From: Halocafeteria seosinensis
Taxonomy: Eukaryota
Length of the DNA stretch: 64,000 nucleotides
Reading direction: 5' to 3'
NCBI GenBank assembly: GCA_001687465.1
Contig: LVLI01000005.1
Location: forward strand, 1-64,000
Shown: piece after piece, positions 37,158-52,100 of the stretch
Position numbering within the stretch: the first letter of the stretch is position 1
Layout of the letters: the number at the start of each line of letters is the position of its first letter
Notes under the pieces: model-generated
Database searches by the model: none
The model's input: the letters and a program-made list of their open reading frames with translations, nothing else
What the model was told of the DNA's origin: nothing
Made by a program: the position numbers and the translations under genes

Positions 37158-38029
37158 ATTTGTGCAGGAAGGCCAAACTTGTAAACGTTCTCTGTCGCAC
37201 TCGTCCTCCACTGAAGGTAGTATAGCGCCCAAAAGCGAACTGAAGAAGAGCCGAAAGTAGGGTATGTATACAAGGTGATCCTCCGAATACAAATCCCAGA
37301 AAGATATTTGCCGGCTCCGGAGGCTAGTTAATGAATGTGCAGGGCCAGGCAAACAGCGCTGTTCGCCACCGTAGCCCCGTTAGCCCAGACTTTACAACAC
37401 AGTGTTACGGGTATTTGCTCCAATGAAATATTCCTGTAGATGTAAGAATGAGGTATACGAGTACGTCAATGTATCTCTGTTCCGTTCCACACTGAAAACG
37501 TAGCTCGATGCATACGTCTGGACAGTATACTATTCATTCACACTCGAAGATGCAGCCATATTCAGAACTCGCGTTCCGTTCGAGTATATCAACGACACGG
37601 AAGCGAAAACATTAAGGTAATATCATAAAGCACGTAAGTACTGCATGTGCATTCAACAACAATCCAATCCGGAGAGAGAGAGTAAATTTCTACGTTGGTT
37701 GGATCGGTGTGACTGAGTCACAAGAGAACAATTCGGAACACGACGGCCCGTCGACGTCGACGGCAGAACACTTGCTTTGAGGATCGAGTCGCGATCCTTT
37801 CACAGGTAGTGTATGACTGATTGGCTCGACTGGACCGAGTAGAAATGTAGCTAGCTTATAGAAAAGTCACAGTAGTACACTAGCGGTAGGCCATAAATAA
37901 ATACACACTACTGCCACTAGCTAGATTTGACTTCCACTGTGCGAGCACTTCGTACGTCACTACGTAATAAGAACTTAGTAGTGCAATGAAGCGCGTATCC
38001 ACAGTGACAGTGGTGTATTCATATAGTAC

Positions 38030-38905
38030 TTAAAGAATGTCCTCCTCCTTGGACTCTTTGGAGTCACTATCATCATCGTCTTCCTCCACTGCTCCAGAGT
38101 CTGCCACTTCGAGCATTACCTCTCTGGCTGTACGATCAGACTCTGCGTAATTCGATCCTCTTTGAATTGTTCCAGGATAGCATGCCAGCTCAAGGACATG
38201 GGAGCAAGGTGCTCTTAGTCCCGCTTCACCGGTGGTCTTTATAGTCCATTCCACCCCGTGGCGCTCCATTTTTGGATTCCACTGGCTTTCCAGCCACGCT
38301 TGCACGCTGAGTAGAGCGTCTTGCTGCCTAACTTTCTTCATGTATTGGGCGAAAAATGGATCTGTATCACAGATAGTAAGGTTGCTTTGATTGGGGCTAT
38401 CGGACTCACTGGAATTGTTTTGCACTTACTGCCGACAGCAATAATTCCAAGCAGTGCTGATGAAACTGCCAGTCCAACCGTCGATGATTCAGATGATCCT
38501 CTATCTTGTCCTCGCGCGATGGCGAAGACGATTGTAAATACTATGGAGATGAGAGTGCAAACCTCCAGGAGCCACAACAACTGTACATGGGGTCCGTAAG
38601 AGTCGTACAGTTTCTTGTTGATTTTGCCGACATTTTCAGCTAGCAACTCCGGAGAGAGCTGCAGAAACACATGAAGACCGCATGCCGCCTTACATGATGA
38701 GCAAATACACAGCGTGTAGACTTACTTTGTCTTCAATGATAGTGGCTGGTTTCGTCCAGTGAAAAGAAGGTCGAAACACCAGTACGGCATCCAACAGGCC
38801 AGCATAGATTCTTTTGTAAGGTTGGACGGCTAGATGTGGATTTTGACCACATACAAAACTACCGTCCTTACGAAGTGACTTTGGAGGTTGCTTTGTGGAA
38901 CTCAT
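38030..38905 (-). CDS. Hypothetical two-TM membrane protein (weak ERF4/Golgin-A7-like resemblance), 3 exons
   Basis: Three ORFs joinable by GTAAG..CAG introns; two hydrophobic helices; acidic tail. Confidence 0.6.
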
Positions 38906-39270
38906 GATGGCTTTGTAGTACGACGGTAAACTTGTGATCAGTTGGCTAACAGCTCAAACAATTTCAGCTCTGCAGGCTGCAAGAGTGGGTCAAAGCGCCC
39001 CTGAGGCTGCTGTATCCCTTGGGATGCTCCTTAGGCGAGGGAACAATACACAAACGACATACGCACTATTCAGTTGTGTGATGTGCCCGGAGCGATCGTA
39101 AAGATACAGACAGTTTCTCCCTTCAGAACCTTTTTTGGGTTTTAACGAGGGCCAAGGCAACAATCTTTTCGTCTTCATGTCAATCTTTTCGTGGACGTTT
39201 GTCTGGAATCGCATGCAACCCACGTTTCGACGCGTTTTGTGGAGTCCGGACAGGAGCAAATTCACCAATT

Positions 39271-39794
39271 ATGACGGAAAGAACTCCATTCAGTAGTAGT
39301 CCATACGGTGGCGGAAGGTCTTCCGCCGGAGAGGGCCAGGAAGGAGGCTCTGAACGAGGCCATGAACACGGAGGATACGTACGCCTCGTAAGGTAAGGCA
39401 TACTTCTACTTAGTACAAGGGTGCTTCGGTAGATGGTCAACCGTCTTGGAATTTGCAGCAAAGAGGGGCACAACTTTTATGTGGAGCGAAACTGCGCAAT
39501 GGAGGCTAGAACACTGAAAGCGGCGCTAACGGGGGGATTCCAGGAATCAAAAGGAGGAGTGGTGCACTTGTCAGATATATCGACAGAGGTACTGGAGCGG
39601 GTGATACAATACCTACACTACAAAGTAAGTTCATATTGAGGATAGCTTTACACCAGGTGGCCTGGACTAACTGGGGATTTGGGGAACCAATGCAGATAAA
39701 ATACAATAACAGCCGAGTGCCACCTCCGGAATTTCCAATTGATCCCGAAATGGCATTAGATCTCCTTATGGCTTCAAACTATCTAGGTTGCTAG
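39271..39794 (+). CDS. ELOC: Elongin C (3 exons)
   Basis: YVRLVS-KEGHNFYV, ISTEVLERVIQYLHYK, PEFPIDPEMALDLLMASNYL. Confidence 0.95.
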
Positions 39795-39923
39795 GACGCA
39801 ACGCCAATGGAAAGAAAAAGAATGGGTCGTTTGCAAATGAACGCATCAGGGTACTATGTAGTCCCTGGTAGTGGCGGCATTGGACCATTGGTGCGAACAT
39901 GACAAATGGACATCATCCTACAT

Positions 39924-42900
39924 TTAACGATTTATCTGTATCCAGCGACTAGAACCAACTTGTCGTGAACCATAGTTCGCCAATAACGGTGGCGGAGGTT
40001 CATAGAAAGGCTTTCCTTTCGTGCGGTTAACCATTCTAGTCGTACTATCTCCAGTCGAGGCTTGAGCAGCAGTGCGTAGAACCTGTCCGAGACTCCTAGT
40101 TCTGGAAGTAGCGGAGTGCTCCTGAGGTTTCTCCATATCAACATTATACTCTTCCGATTCTTCCAGGCCCTTTTGTTGTTGCAGAAGCTTCACGGCTCCT
40201 GTTCCCAAGGGGATGGGTACGCCCATAATTATGCATTCCGAGACGCCTACTACCGAATCGACCTTGCTATGGACAGCAGCGTCGAAGAGGTGGTCAGGAG
40301 TCTTCTCAAACGAAGCAAGCATAAGGACACTATCTTTCATCTTCGCAATCCCAAATCGAGTTATCCCTAGAACCTCGCCACTGTATCACGAGTGCCACAA
40401 TCATCATCATCCATTGGTGTCAATATAGTGTCAAACTGTTCACTTACCGATACGTCATTACGTCTGCAAGTAACATCATGTGGCGAGGATCGATTCCTAT
40501 TCCATAGCTCCCGTAAGTTTTGTTTAACTCCGAGATAATCTGTCAAAGCGTAAGAATAGTATCGTGAAGAGTAGAAAGCATACAGGGTCACCATGAAACC
40601 TACCATTGCTCGTGCAGCTTCGATACCCAACGTTTCTTGTATTTCGATAATATGATTACTCTTCGTTTGGGTACCAACAATGCCCGGAGTGCCCATAACT
40701 TTAAGTAAATCATAGCCCTCAACGAGTAACTTATATCTATCCCCACTTTCATTTTTCGTAATTACAGCCCTGTTAACCGTCGGTATTCCACAGATTGTAA
40801 CTGTGGGAAGACTCGACTTGAGGAATTGGAGACCGTAAAAGAAGTTGGGTCGCTCTCTTTCCTCACTGCGTTCCTCCTCTATCTCACCCGGATCTTCAGG
40901 GTTCGTGGGAACAGCCGATGAAGAGGCTTGAGACACTCTCATCTTATATGCAGCATTAGGAGGGGTGATATGTAAAATCTCTTCAGAGGACACGATAACA
41001 TTTGATGGCTTTAACTTAAGCTTGACTGTCGAAACCAAGATTTTGGCGATACTGAAGTGGTCAAACACAGTTAATATGAACATTCTATGGTTGAGTACAA
41101 CGATAAGAAACAACTTACTGTGCTGCGTTAACATCCATATGTAGAGCTGCAACAGTTTCAAGATCCAGCTTCACCTCTAAGAAGGCAGCCAATGGTTCGT
41201 AAACTTCACGAATGTAGGAGCATATCTCGCCTAGAGTAGTCTTTTCAATACGAGCCTTCGCAATACGGGCAGCTACTTCAGACTGATCGCTCACTAAGGT
41301 GGCTTCAATGATCGGTGTGGAGATCAGCTGTAAGACAAGTGCCAGTACCATATCGATAATCAAATTTCGAAGAGCCTTAAGTCAACTTACACGGCTTGCA
41401 TTCATAATCTCCTTAATACGGGGAACTCCAAGTGTGACATTCATGCTTGCTACACCGGCGAAATGAAACGTTTTGAGGGTCATTTGTGTTGCTGGTTCGC
41501 CGCAAGAGTGTGCGGCTACAGCTCCAACTGCCTCTCCCGGGCTGAATTTTGATCTGTTGTATCGTTGAATAGCAGAGTCAAACACGTGTTTGAGGTGCTT
41601 TGAAGACACATGTGCAGTCTGCTGCATCGTGTGCCGAACCGCATTTCTGTCTTTGCTATTGGATTTGTTCATTCGGCTGTTGGCTTCGATCTCCTTTTGT
41701 TGTTCGTCCATCTTCTTTGCAAGTTCGTCGGTGAATGAAAGAAGTTCATTGTGAAAGTGTTTACCTTGGGGTAACAGTCTTCGGAAGGCATCCTGGGATA
41801 AAACTCTCTGCCCGTATTTTCTTAGCTGCTCAGGGGAGAGTGAATCATCTTCAATAGCTGCAGCCGGGATACCATCAACTTCAGCTGGATGTCCTTCATT
41901 GGCTAGCTGTTTAGCTAGGGAAGCCTTTGCTTTGATCGATCCGAAGAGTCTGTAGAAATCTACGGGTGTCTCATTATTTTCCATTAGGCCCGGGTCGAGT
42001 CCGTCATCCCCATATTCAAACTGGACGATATCATTGGAGGCCGTTCTCACTGCGATGCAAATCTCATTGGTATGTCTTCGGTGTTAATCCCGAAAACAAG
42101 GAAACGTAGGAGCTTACCAGTGCGATCGTAGGTCAATGAAAGATCTTCCAACGCTTTCATCATTCTTCGTTGCATATAGCCTGTTTCTGCGGTCTTCACT
42201 GCTGTATCTACGAGACCTTCTCTCCCTCCCATTGTATGGAAGAAGAACTCAGTGGCAGTAAGACCGGTAAAGAATGAGTTTGCAACGAATCCCTTTGCGG
42301 CAGGAGCTTTAGCCTTGGGATAAAAAATTGGAAGGGTGCGGTTGATAAACCCTTCTGGAATTCTCCCGCCATTAACTGCCTGTTGCCCAACGCATGCTAT
42401 CATTTGGCAGATATTTAGAGTGCTCCCCTTGGCTCCACTATCTGCGAAATAGTTCCTCGAGGGTTATGCACAGTTGTAGGATGCATAGCATAGCCAAATT
42501 CTTATCGTACCAGACATGACACGTGGCGCATTGTCAACAGAAAGCCGTTTGACAGCCATCTGACCCACTTCATCCCGAACTCTGCCAAGTACCCCATTCA
42601 ACTCACTCTCAAGCGATTGTTCTTCGTCACAGCCGGGTTGCAAAGGTAGTGTTCCTCGCTTAAATTGTGATATCTTCGATTCACTATCTTGGTACCCGGA
42701 CTCTACCTGCGGAGTAATGATGTAGGACAAATATGAGCATATGAGAAAATGAATAGTATTATTTAACTAACCATAGCGTTCTTCTTCGTCGACAGCTCTT
42801 CGGATGGCATTACGTCCTGAATCCCAATGCTGAAACCGTGATTAGTTAACCATCGGGTGCACATCTTCGTCAATCTGCGAAGCAAGCATAGACACCGTCA

Positions 42901-45082
42901 TGTGGTCTTCCCTGTACAATACGACTTGACATACCTTAGCATCGCCGAGGCGGCATCACGAGCCTGGTAGTCTCTACACAGGACGTATATCAACCCAACT
43001 TTGGACCCTCCGAGGCATTTTTTGTCCAAGAGCCCACACAAATGTTCGCCATTGCGAAAGACAACATACCCCTCGGCAGGGTCCATAGGACCCCACTCTT
43101 TCCCTTCTGAGTCCGTACCAGAGTGACCTTTTCCTTTGAGTTCAAAAGTTGGACGAATCTTGCCTTCGGCGCCAGGTCGTAATAGCATAGAAATTACTTG
43201 CTTTCCAGTCCAGAGTGGAACCGGTTTGAGAATCGCAGGATCAGGTATGTCGATGCGCTGTGCAAAACAACCGAAACCATACAGTAGAAGTGTTCTGAAC
43301 GATGAAAGAAAGGATCGGACTCACCTCTGTAGAATCACTCAAAGCAGCGACCATGCTGCAGAACTCATCTCGATTTAAAAGAACGTCACGTTTTGTTAAG
43401 AGGTAACCTGCAGTGATGAAATCTTGGCATGCAGCCACTAATGGTTCTCCATCTCTTGGGGTCATTATATTTTCCCGAACATCCATCAAGAGTGCCGCCT
43501 CAGTACGTGCCTCTTCGGTTTGAGGCACATGCACATTCATTTCATCGCCGTCAAAATCAGCATTGTATGGCGCACAAACACATTCATTGAACCGAAGAGT
43601 TCGAGAGGACATCACTCTCGCACGGTGACACATAATGGACATCTTGTGCAGACTTGGTTGACGGTTGAACAACACAGGGTCGTCATCGACCAAATGCCTC
43701 TCCACAATGTCCCCAACACGTAATTGATCAGCCATACGGTCTCTATCACCATACTGGAGTGACTTAGTAAATCCACTTTTCGTTTTAATAAAATTAGCTC
43801 CTGGGTACTGGGTCCCATTGCGTACAGTTCGTCTCAATTTATCAATATTGCTATCAGTCACGCGTTCGGGATACGTAAGAATCCGAGCCATCAGTTCTGG
43901 TATTCCAACGGCTTCAATGGGAAGGTTAGGATCCGGCGTAATCACCGTACGCCCAGAGAAATCAACCCTTTTGCCACTAAGATTCCCTCGAAACCGACCT
44001 TGCTTTCCTTTGAGCCGTTGACAAAGGCCACGAATGGGCTTTTTCGGGCGTACAGCGGCGGACATTCCCGGCAATTCACCATGAAGGAAAGCAGCAACCT
44101 GAACCTGCAACAAATCCCACTCTTCTTGGACGAGACTAATTTTTCCACCCTTCTCTAAAGCAGTCTGAAGTGCATTATTAATATGAATGATCCCCTGAAG
44201 CTTGACAGTGAGGTCATCTTCGTTGCTTCCTGCTCCACTATCCATAGCTACAGAGGGACGAATACAAACTGGCGGGACCAAGACTTTCGTCAAGATCATA
44301 TTTTCGGGCCTTCCCGTCTCGCTGCTGATCCAGATTAAGTTGAGGTCTTCGTCTGGGATATTCTGGAAGAGCTCGAGGGCATGCAAAGGCGTTATCGTCT
44401 CCGCAAGCTTCTTAACTTGGGCACTAAGATCGGGGTTGTCAGCTAGGGTATTTTGGAACTTCAACAACATGTTGCCTTTCTCATCTTCACTTCCGCGTCC
44501 TTTGAAGCGTTCGTGCAAGACTCGAAACGAGGTCTGGCCGTTCACTTTCTTAACGGTTCCATTAAAGGCACCACAGTGCGGACACTTTGAGAGTTTCTTA
44601 CAGGAATCGATAACCTTCTTTTGAATGCCAGTCTTCTGCAGGGAGCCCACTGCAGATGACCTCATCTTCTGGAGTAGACTGCTCCGCTCAGGTTCAGCCA
44701 GCAGAACTCGAGAACAGCGCTTGCAAATGCATTGCAGTACGTGAATAGTGGGCCTCAAAAACCCAATATGAAAGACCGGTAATTCCAGCGAAATCACGCC
44801 GTAGTGACCAGGGCAATCTGCTAGATTGCTACCACAGGTATGACACCTCTCTTTCTTGTGGCTAATTCCCAACCTGGGGTCCAATACTCCATACTTGGCA
44901 GGCTTCCGCGTCGGCAGTTTGTAAAGCTCTTTCGATACCACCGGGATCTCTGCCAGCCTTGCCATTTCGGAGCCATGAAACATACCAAAGCGAATCTGAG
45001 ACACCTTTTTGGGTGTATTGGCTTCGGACACCATGTCCTTGACCAGGAATTGAGGTGGGGCCGTCGTCGTTGTCGCTGCCAT
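39924..45082 (-). CDS. RPC1: RNA polymerase III largest subunit (10 exons)
   Basis: [89 protein letters not shown]; no heptad CTD. Confidence 0.97.
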
Positions 45083-45630
45083 TTTTATCTTTCCCTCTGC
45101 AGAGCAGTTCACTGGAGTCAATACTTAAATTGTTTGTCCCATGTGCTATTCGGCACCATTGCCACATACCGAAATATTGTCAATATAGACCGCAATCAAT
45201 CCTCAATTGCAATGGAGTCCCTCCGCCAAAGGAGCCCCGAAAGCGTGAGCACACACAGACATACGGTGAGCTCTCCTGGGACAAGGAATCACGTGTGGTA
45301 ACTAAGGAACAAAACACATTCTTGTGTGAGTGACCTATCACATAAGCATAAGCTGCATGGTGTGAATTGAGATGGAGCTTTTGAAACATTTGTTTGCACG
45401 GTTCCCGTTGATGACAGCAGACTATCTATCGTACGTATATACAAATTTTAAAAAGGAGGAATTGTATGACATTGGGTCGGTTGTATGGGAGATACGTTTT
45501 GGCTTATTGTGTCCTGGTTAGGTTTCATTACAGTGATAGAGTGAGGCAAGAGGAGCAGTTTTGTCCCTCTCTGGTCCATGCTCCTTTGAACCAGGTACAG
45601 TGACACTATCACACTGTCTACCATAACACA

Positions 45631-48618
45631 ATGATTCGTCTACGTTCATTGTTATCACACCACTCAAAAGAGCCTTCGACATGGCTACTTCCGGGCTCCA
45701 GGCGATGTTTCCATCAATCGAAACAGAGGTGGCAAGAGACCAACTCGGGCAACTCGATGAGAATGGCTTCCAAGAAGCAACGCAAAGCTGCTTTAACTCT
45801 CGCTAGACGAGAAATACAGGATGAGATTGATGGGTTACTAGACGCCAGTACCTCGAAGATTCAGCAGCAACAGAAGGAAGCACCGGAGACTGGTCTCAGC
45901 TTCTCGAGGGAATCCCACCCTCAGGAAATGGGGGAACGCATTGCTTCGCAGCTGGGAGTCGACACGATCGTACGTCGCGACCACTCCAAGGTGTCGCAAG
46001 GAAAGGTTTTTTCTCACCACGATATGGACACAAGAGGGAGGGAAGCATCAAAGAAAAATATAGATGGTACTGCGGTCTTGGGAGAAGTTATTGATAATCC
46101 CGACTGGTACTCAGTTGAGAAACCCGGGTTGAGTGGAAATTTTAATGAAGCTGAAGCGGCAGTGCATCAAGCAAGCGCTTCGTCCTCGAACCAGTTCCAT
46201 GACAATGACCCCATTATGGATCCGTCATACTACTATGAAGCTGCAAGAGCCGCAGATATCGATTTAGGTAAGTATTGCGTATAGAGAAGGAATAAATACT
46301 TCTAACAAGGGATGGTCTGTTATTATCTACCAGGTAAATATGCCAGTGGTGAATCTATACCTGAAGCGATGGAACCTGCTTCAGAAACTGCTCGGAAGTC
46401 CACCGCCATGCCAATGCCATGGGAACATGGAGAGTGGTGGGATTCCCTGGTTCCAAGAGAATTTGCAGAGTCTAGTTTCGACGCCCTCCAGGAAGGCAAG
46501 GAAGTGCCAGAAGTTCAGTCTAGTATAACCGCGGCAGAACTCACATCACGTGGGGAAAATTCGGGGGAAGTAAAGGAAAAACTCGAGCAACTTCAGGACG
46601 ATTCTGACCCGGACGTTGCCGAAGCAAAAGAATGGTCACAACGGATAGTGCGTTACATGGCCCGTCTCGCAGCCTTACCTGACAGTCTGTCAGCGCAGTC
46701 AATGCCTGAGCTCGATAAAGAGGGCGTCTGGGAAGTTCCATCGAAAGGAGTGTTGTATAACCCTTTACGAGGTGAAGAGAATGTTAGCAAACTTGAAGAT
46801 TGCGGTGCGCAAACAATAGGAAGGGCCAAGGCGCATTTCAGGAGTGCCGATGAGAACACTCGGGATACCAATACAGGAGCTAGCCGTTCGGAATCAAATA
46901 CGATGGATCTTCTATCAGGCCTTCGCGATGACATGTCGAATACTGCTGGTGCTACAAATAGGTCGAATTCGTTCTTAGATATGTCTGAGGCCCATCAGAG
47001 CGCAGTTGAGGAATATCTAGCCACACAAGCCCGAGGACTTAAGCTTGAGGAGACTTCTTCGACTGTACCTGGTCAGAGAGCTGAAACGCAGGAAGGAGAA
47101 TTCGGAGACTTGGATGCGGAAAAAGCCGGAAGCGGAAGTGGGTTGCTAGCCCGCAGAGATCCGAATTTCAGAAAAGTTATCGAGAATCCCGAAGATTCTG
47201 AATATATGAGTGCCACTGAAGACCAAGAAGACTTTCGTGGGCTTTTTCGAGAACATAAGCAAGGGAATATGGAGGCTTCTTCCCAACGATCCCGCGATGG
47301 AAGCTCTAACAAAAGCATACAAAATGAGGATGTCGATTATGCAGCACCGGAAAATCCAGAACCTGAACGTGATTGGGGTTGGTCTGATTCTCAACCCGGT
47401 TATCATATGTATAAACGAATGGAGCAAGGCCAGCGTCCTTCGGAAAAATCTTTGAACCATTCTCGTGCTTACCACCCTTATCATAAGCGGCTCCTTGAGG
47501 CAATGGAACGAAGAGATCTTATGACGATGTTCTTGCTATGGAATTTTCAGAGAAATCGGGCGATGTCCAGTAAACATGGACCTGGGGGTGACAGACCAGA
47601 CTTTCTAGGGTACCACATCATGCTAGATGCATGCGCTAGAGCACAGTGCTTCGATGTTATGTCAATTGTTCTAGATGACATGACCCGTCGCGCAGTTGAG
47701 ACGACCCCGGAGATGCACAAGCTATTTATTAAGGCGGCGGCATTGTCGGACAACCTTGAGCTTGCTATGGACGCGTTTAAAAAGATGGCGCACGACGCGG
47801 GTCATAAAACAGATCTTCACTGTTACTCACCTATCATTCTCACGGCAATGAGAAATAGAAAGTATGACGTCGGATTTGATTGGTTCAACAGGTTCGTTAC
47901 TTCAAATTTGTAGACCATACGAATGCATGGATCTCAGAAACTGTATTGTTCTGCAGAATGCGAAGAGCTGGTATCTATCCTACTGACTCTATACTCCGTG
48001 GAATGGCAAAACCTCTGGTAGAGGATGAGAAGTATAAGGAATTGCACTTTCTGTGGAACGCTATTCGCAATCATACATCAGTGCCGTTACAAGATGAAAC
48101 ATGGGGAGTTCTTCTTGAAGTACGTAATTTGTTCAGAGCTACAACATCGCGTCTCATTATATATTCTGTTTGTCTTTGTATCCCAGGGTTTTCAAAAGGC
48201 AAATGATGCGGAAGACTTATGGAGTGTCTATCGAGATATGACCAGTAGTAGGTATTTCGGGGGCAAAGCTTCACCCGATGCAGCTCAGATGTGTGACATT
48301 TTCAATTGTTTGGCCGCTAACCGATATTTCCGAGAAGCTCGTAGTCTGCGCCGAGATATGGAAAAGGCTGGTCATCTCGCCAGCGGAGAAATTCCAGTGG
48401 ACGACATAGACGCAATAATGGCACGATTTCCTCCCGAGGATGCTGAAATGGAGACACGGCAGCGAACCGTGGAGAGTGTATATGGCAACCCATACTTTAC
48501 GGATGATGTCGAAGAGACTCAGCGCAAATCTCAAGCAGTCTTAGAGCAAGAAAAACATCTCATGAAGAAGAGCTTTACGGAAAGCGAAATGGAGACCGAA
48601 GAGAACAAGCAACAGTGA
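45631..48618 (+). CDS. Mitochondria-targeted PPR-repeat protein with long acidic N-terminal region (4 exons)
   Basis: Targeting-like N-terminus; PPR-like helices PDFLGYHIMLDACAR, LFIKAAA..AMDAFKKM, MRRAGIYPT. Confidence 0.7.
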
Positions 48619-49115
48619 AAGCATAGCTACGGTAGCAGTTCCTCGTCAAGATCATATGTTTTATATTTGCGGACAAAAATTGTACATGTACATGCGTGGC
48701 TGCAAGAACGGCGTTCTCTGTTCCCCAAGATCTCCGAAATTACATCCCATACACACTCATCACCCGCCTGATAGGTATCTGCTGGAATAAGCGGCTGCCT
48801 CAATAATATAGTCCCCTCTTCAATTGTTACGCAAGCTTCCAGCCATCTGTCGCTGTTTGATCCATAGCTGTTGTATTTTGTGTCCACAGCTGCTGTACTC
48901 TGTAGGTGCAAAACTCGAAAGCGTCGTAATGGACCGTTACTACTAGACTGTCAGTGATTGATTGACCTGATTGTCTGTATGGTGACAAAAAACGATACAG
49001 TTCTCTTGTGTCTTGTGTGCCAATATACACTAACTTCATATGTCTCGTCACGCAAGCCGTCCTGGCGCATCGCTGCCATCCGAGCTGCACTTCCGGTAAA
49101 TCACGGAGAGGGAGA

Positions 49116-52100
49116 ATGCTTACCAACTCGAAAATGAGCTCGATTCAGGAGGCCAATGCTCCTAATAGAGGTGAAAGCGATGCTTATATACCTTCGGCCA
49201 TTTCTACCTCCATGGAAGCACCTTCGTCCGCTTCCATGATGGCCAGCTTCACGAGCACTCGGGCTAGCGTGGCTAAAAGCAAGAAAAGTAAACCCTCAAA
49301 ATCACCCCAAGAAAAGCTTTCCTCGACGTTCACAGGGATCACCCACGCAGAGAAGAAGATGAGCAAAAGCTCACCCAAAGATTTTCTGTCATCGTCCTCC
49401 CAAAGCATACTCATGCCGGGCAAACACCGTCAAAATTCAAACGCTCGGGTGCATAAACGGCCGGACCTGAAGACTGCGTCCAACACTACCAAGAAGCCTC
49501 CACGAAAGAGTCATCCTCCCTCTCATAGGACACCGCTAGCAAATAAATCAGCTAATAGATCCAACACCGGACGCTGGGAAGAGAGCTACTCGGCCGGCGC
49601 CATAACTACCTCAACTCACAGCAGCTCAAATGGGCACTGCTCGGCATTTACGAACTACACATCCTCTTCCTCTATTGGGAACAGCTGCACGACAGACCAG
49701 AAAACCCATTCGAGTGGTGCATCTGAAAATGCAGAAAGCAATGGCAGCCAGTACTCAGTTGAAATTATAAGAAGGCTCCGAGCAAGCGTACAGAAACTAC
49801 TAGAGGAAGAAACTACGGGGAATAACACCGACGAGTCAAGGCTTCATGAGGAAGGCGCAAATCAAAAAGAGGACATTTCTTCGTTTCAAAGTGATGGAGT
49901 GACTATGTCTCACATTAGAAACTGCGAGGGTGACGAGATGCTTTCGGCAGCGGCCGGTTCGTCAGAGATTGCTGAGCGTCCAGAGAGAAATGAAGATACG
50001 ATCGTATTCGGGAATAGTTACACAGACGAAGAGGAAGAAAGATGTGTACAATCTAGTAAATCACAAAAAATTCAGGAAAGGCTAAACGTAGACGGTGTTA
50101 GTAAGTCTACCTCATTCCCAACGACACAAGAAAGCGATGCAACGACTGCATCCTGGTCAGTAAGGACAGCGGGTCCAATTTATCGCCAATCGGAACACTT
50201 CAAACTCACCGAAGACTGCAATAATTATCCGGCAACATCTAAATGCAATTATGCTACAAGTCTATCCGCTGGAACCCAGCAAGCAGTACATGAGAGTGCT
50301 GCGGTGGCAGGTGTACGAAACGAGACAAAACCCGTCCAGCTCAGTGATCGCCACTTACGGTTACTACGTGTACAACAGTCAAATTGGTCATCCGACTATT
50401 TTGAGGACTTAACAAAAAAATATAATGTAAGCACACGACGAAGCCCAGATTTCGGCAAAAGTGCTGATGATGATTCTTCCTCTGCGGACGAGTCACTCAT
50501 TTTGCCAGTGAATGTGAAGAAGCATTCTGCTAACCTGAGGGTGGAAGATAGCTCAGGCGGTTTTTCTGATATAGCTTTGCCCCCAAAGGACTATCGCTTT
50601 TACGGGGAGAAAAAATTCCATAGTTCGCAACAATGGAGCATTGAATCGGACCAAACTGTGGTAGACACTGTCGTTGATTCACAGCGTGCCTCCGGTGAAA
50701 GAAATTCTGTGTCCCAGGTATTCGCAGAAGTACCGCATTCAGAAGAGCAAAGCAAGACTTCCTCAGTTGATGAATGTCGTGATGTCGAACTTGTGCCTTC
50801 TGGAATGGGCGACCTTGGACTTGAGCCACCCATCCCGTTCTCACGAGAACCCATCAATTGAATCCACCCTTACTTGTTTAGCCGGATCCTCAACGCTGCA
50901 GATAGTTCGAATGCCCAGTCTATTTGATATCAGCAATACATGGATTGCTAACGCAGACTTGGAAGAAACTACTGGTAAACCAAGGTCACCAACTGACAAG
51001 TTGGAAAAAACTGAAGAATTGCCGCAGTCCCAGGACGTGTCTCAACATATTGAATCAATAACTGCTGAGACTTCTACCGAAGATGTGTCTACTAGGAAGT
51101 GCCAAGAACTTGTACATGAATCGTCGTTACTACAGCACCACTTCCATGAGTCCACCGAGGCGACCTCCCGAATGAGCCGTGATTCAGACGTTCCGAGGCT
51201 GCAGGTTGTGCGCTTGTCGCAGAACCCATCAGAAAGCGTTATCAGTGATTCACTTCCGGAGAGCTGTACATCACGAGCAAGTATGGGCATGATAACGAAT
51301 TCGAAACTCTACCAAAGCTCGCGAGTAGTCTTTGAAGAAGTACAGTGTGAAGAAACGTCGAAACGAGGTTGTCCTGTAGAGCGAGGAACATCAGAAAGTG
51401 AGGCACCGGATTTGAAGAATCTATCATCTGTTGCCGATGCGAACCAGGCATCAGGGGATCCAAAATTTACATCTATGACAGAAAAACCTCAGCATTCGAA
51501 AGAAGTACAGTGTGTGGAAACTTCGAACCGATATTTGTCTGCAGAGCGAGGAACATCGGAAAGTGAGGTCTTGGATTTGGAGGATCTATCATCTGTTGCC
51601 TCTTCTAGCCAGCCTTCAGGGGGCCCAGGATTTACACCAGTGGAAGTGGCAGCAGAGACCACTGAACAATCAGACTCTCACGAGAAGCGCTCGGAGATTG
51701 GTAACAGTGGACATTCTTTTACGACTTGCAGAAAGTATTCCGACACGGCGTTAACCACAGCAGCCAAAGCACTTGTAGAGCAGGAAGACGAACAGTCATA
51801 CCGGGAAGCAGCGATTCAAGAAGTGGAAGAAGATCAGCATAAGACTCATAATCCGACTGAGCCTGGTAGAAGTGCCGCCTTCATGGCGGCAATGGGTATT
51901 GAAGTCCCGAAACGGCGTTACAAGTGGAACTGCAACGTACGAATTGACTCGCTGAATCGCTCTAAAGAAGTATCCGCCTCGCCCAATGTCCAGTTGGGGA
52001 TGTGTGAGCAACCTCAAGAGTCTAGTCGTACTGAAGACGGTATGCATGCTGTAAGAACTTCAAGATGGTCCATCGACAGGGGTAGCACTTCTAACTTGGA

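Noticed and set aside
48627..48911. Short minus-strand ORF faintly like a SET-domain N-terminal strand
   Set aside because: No further SET motifs and no credible gene model
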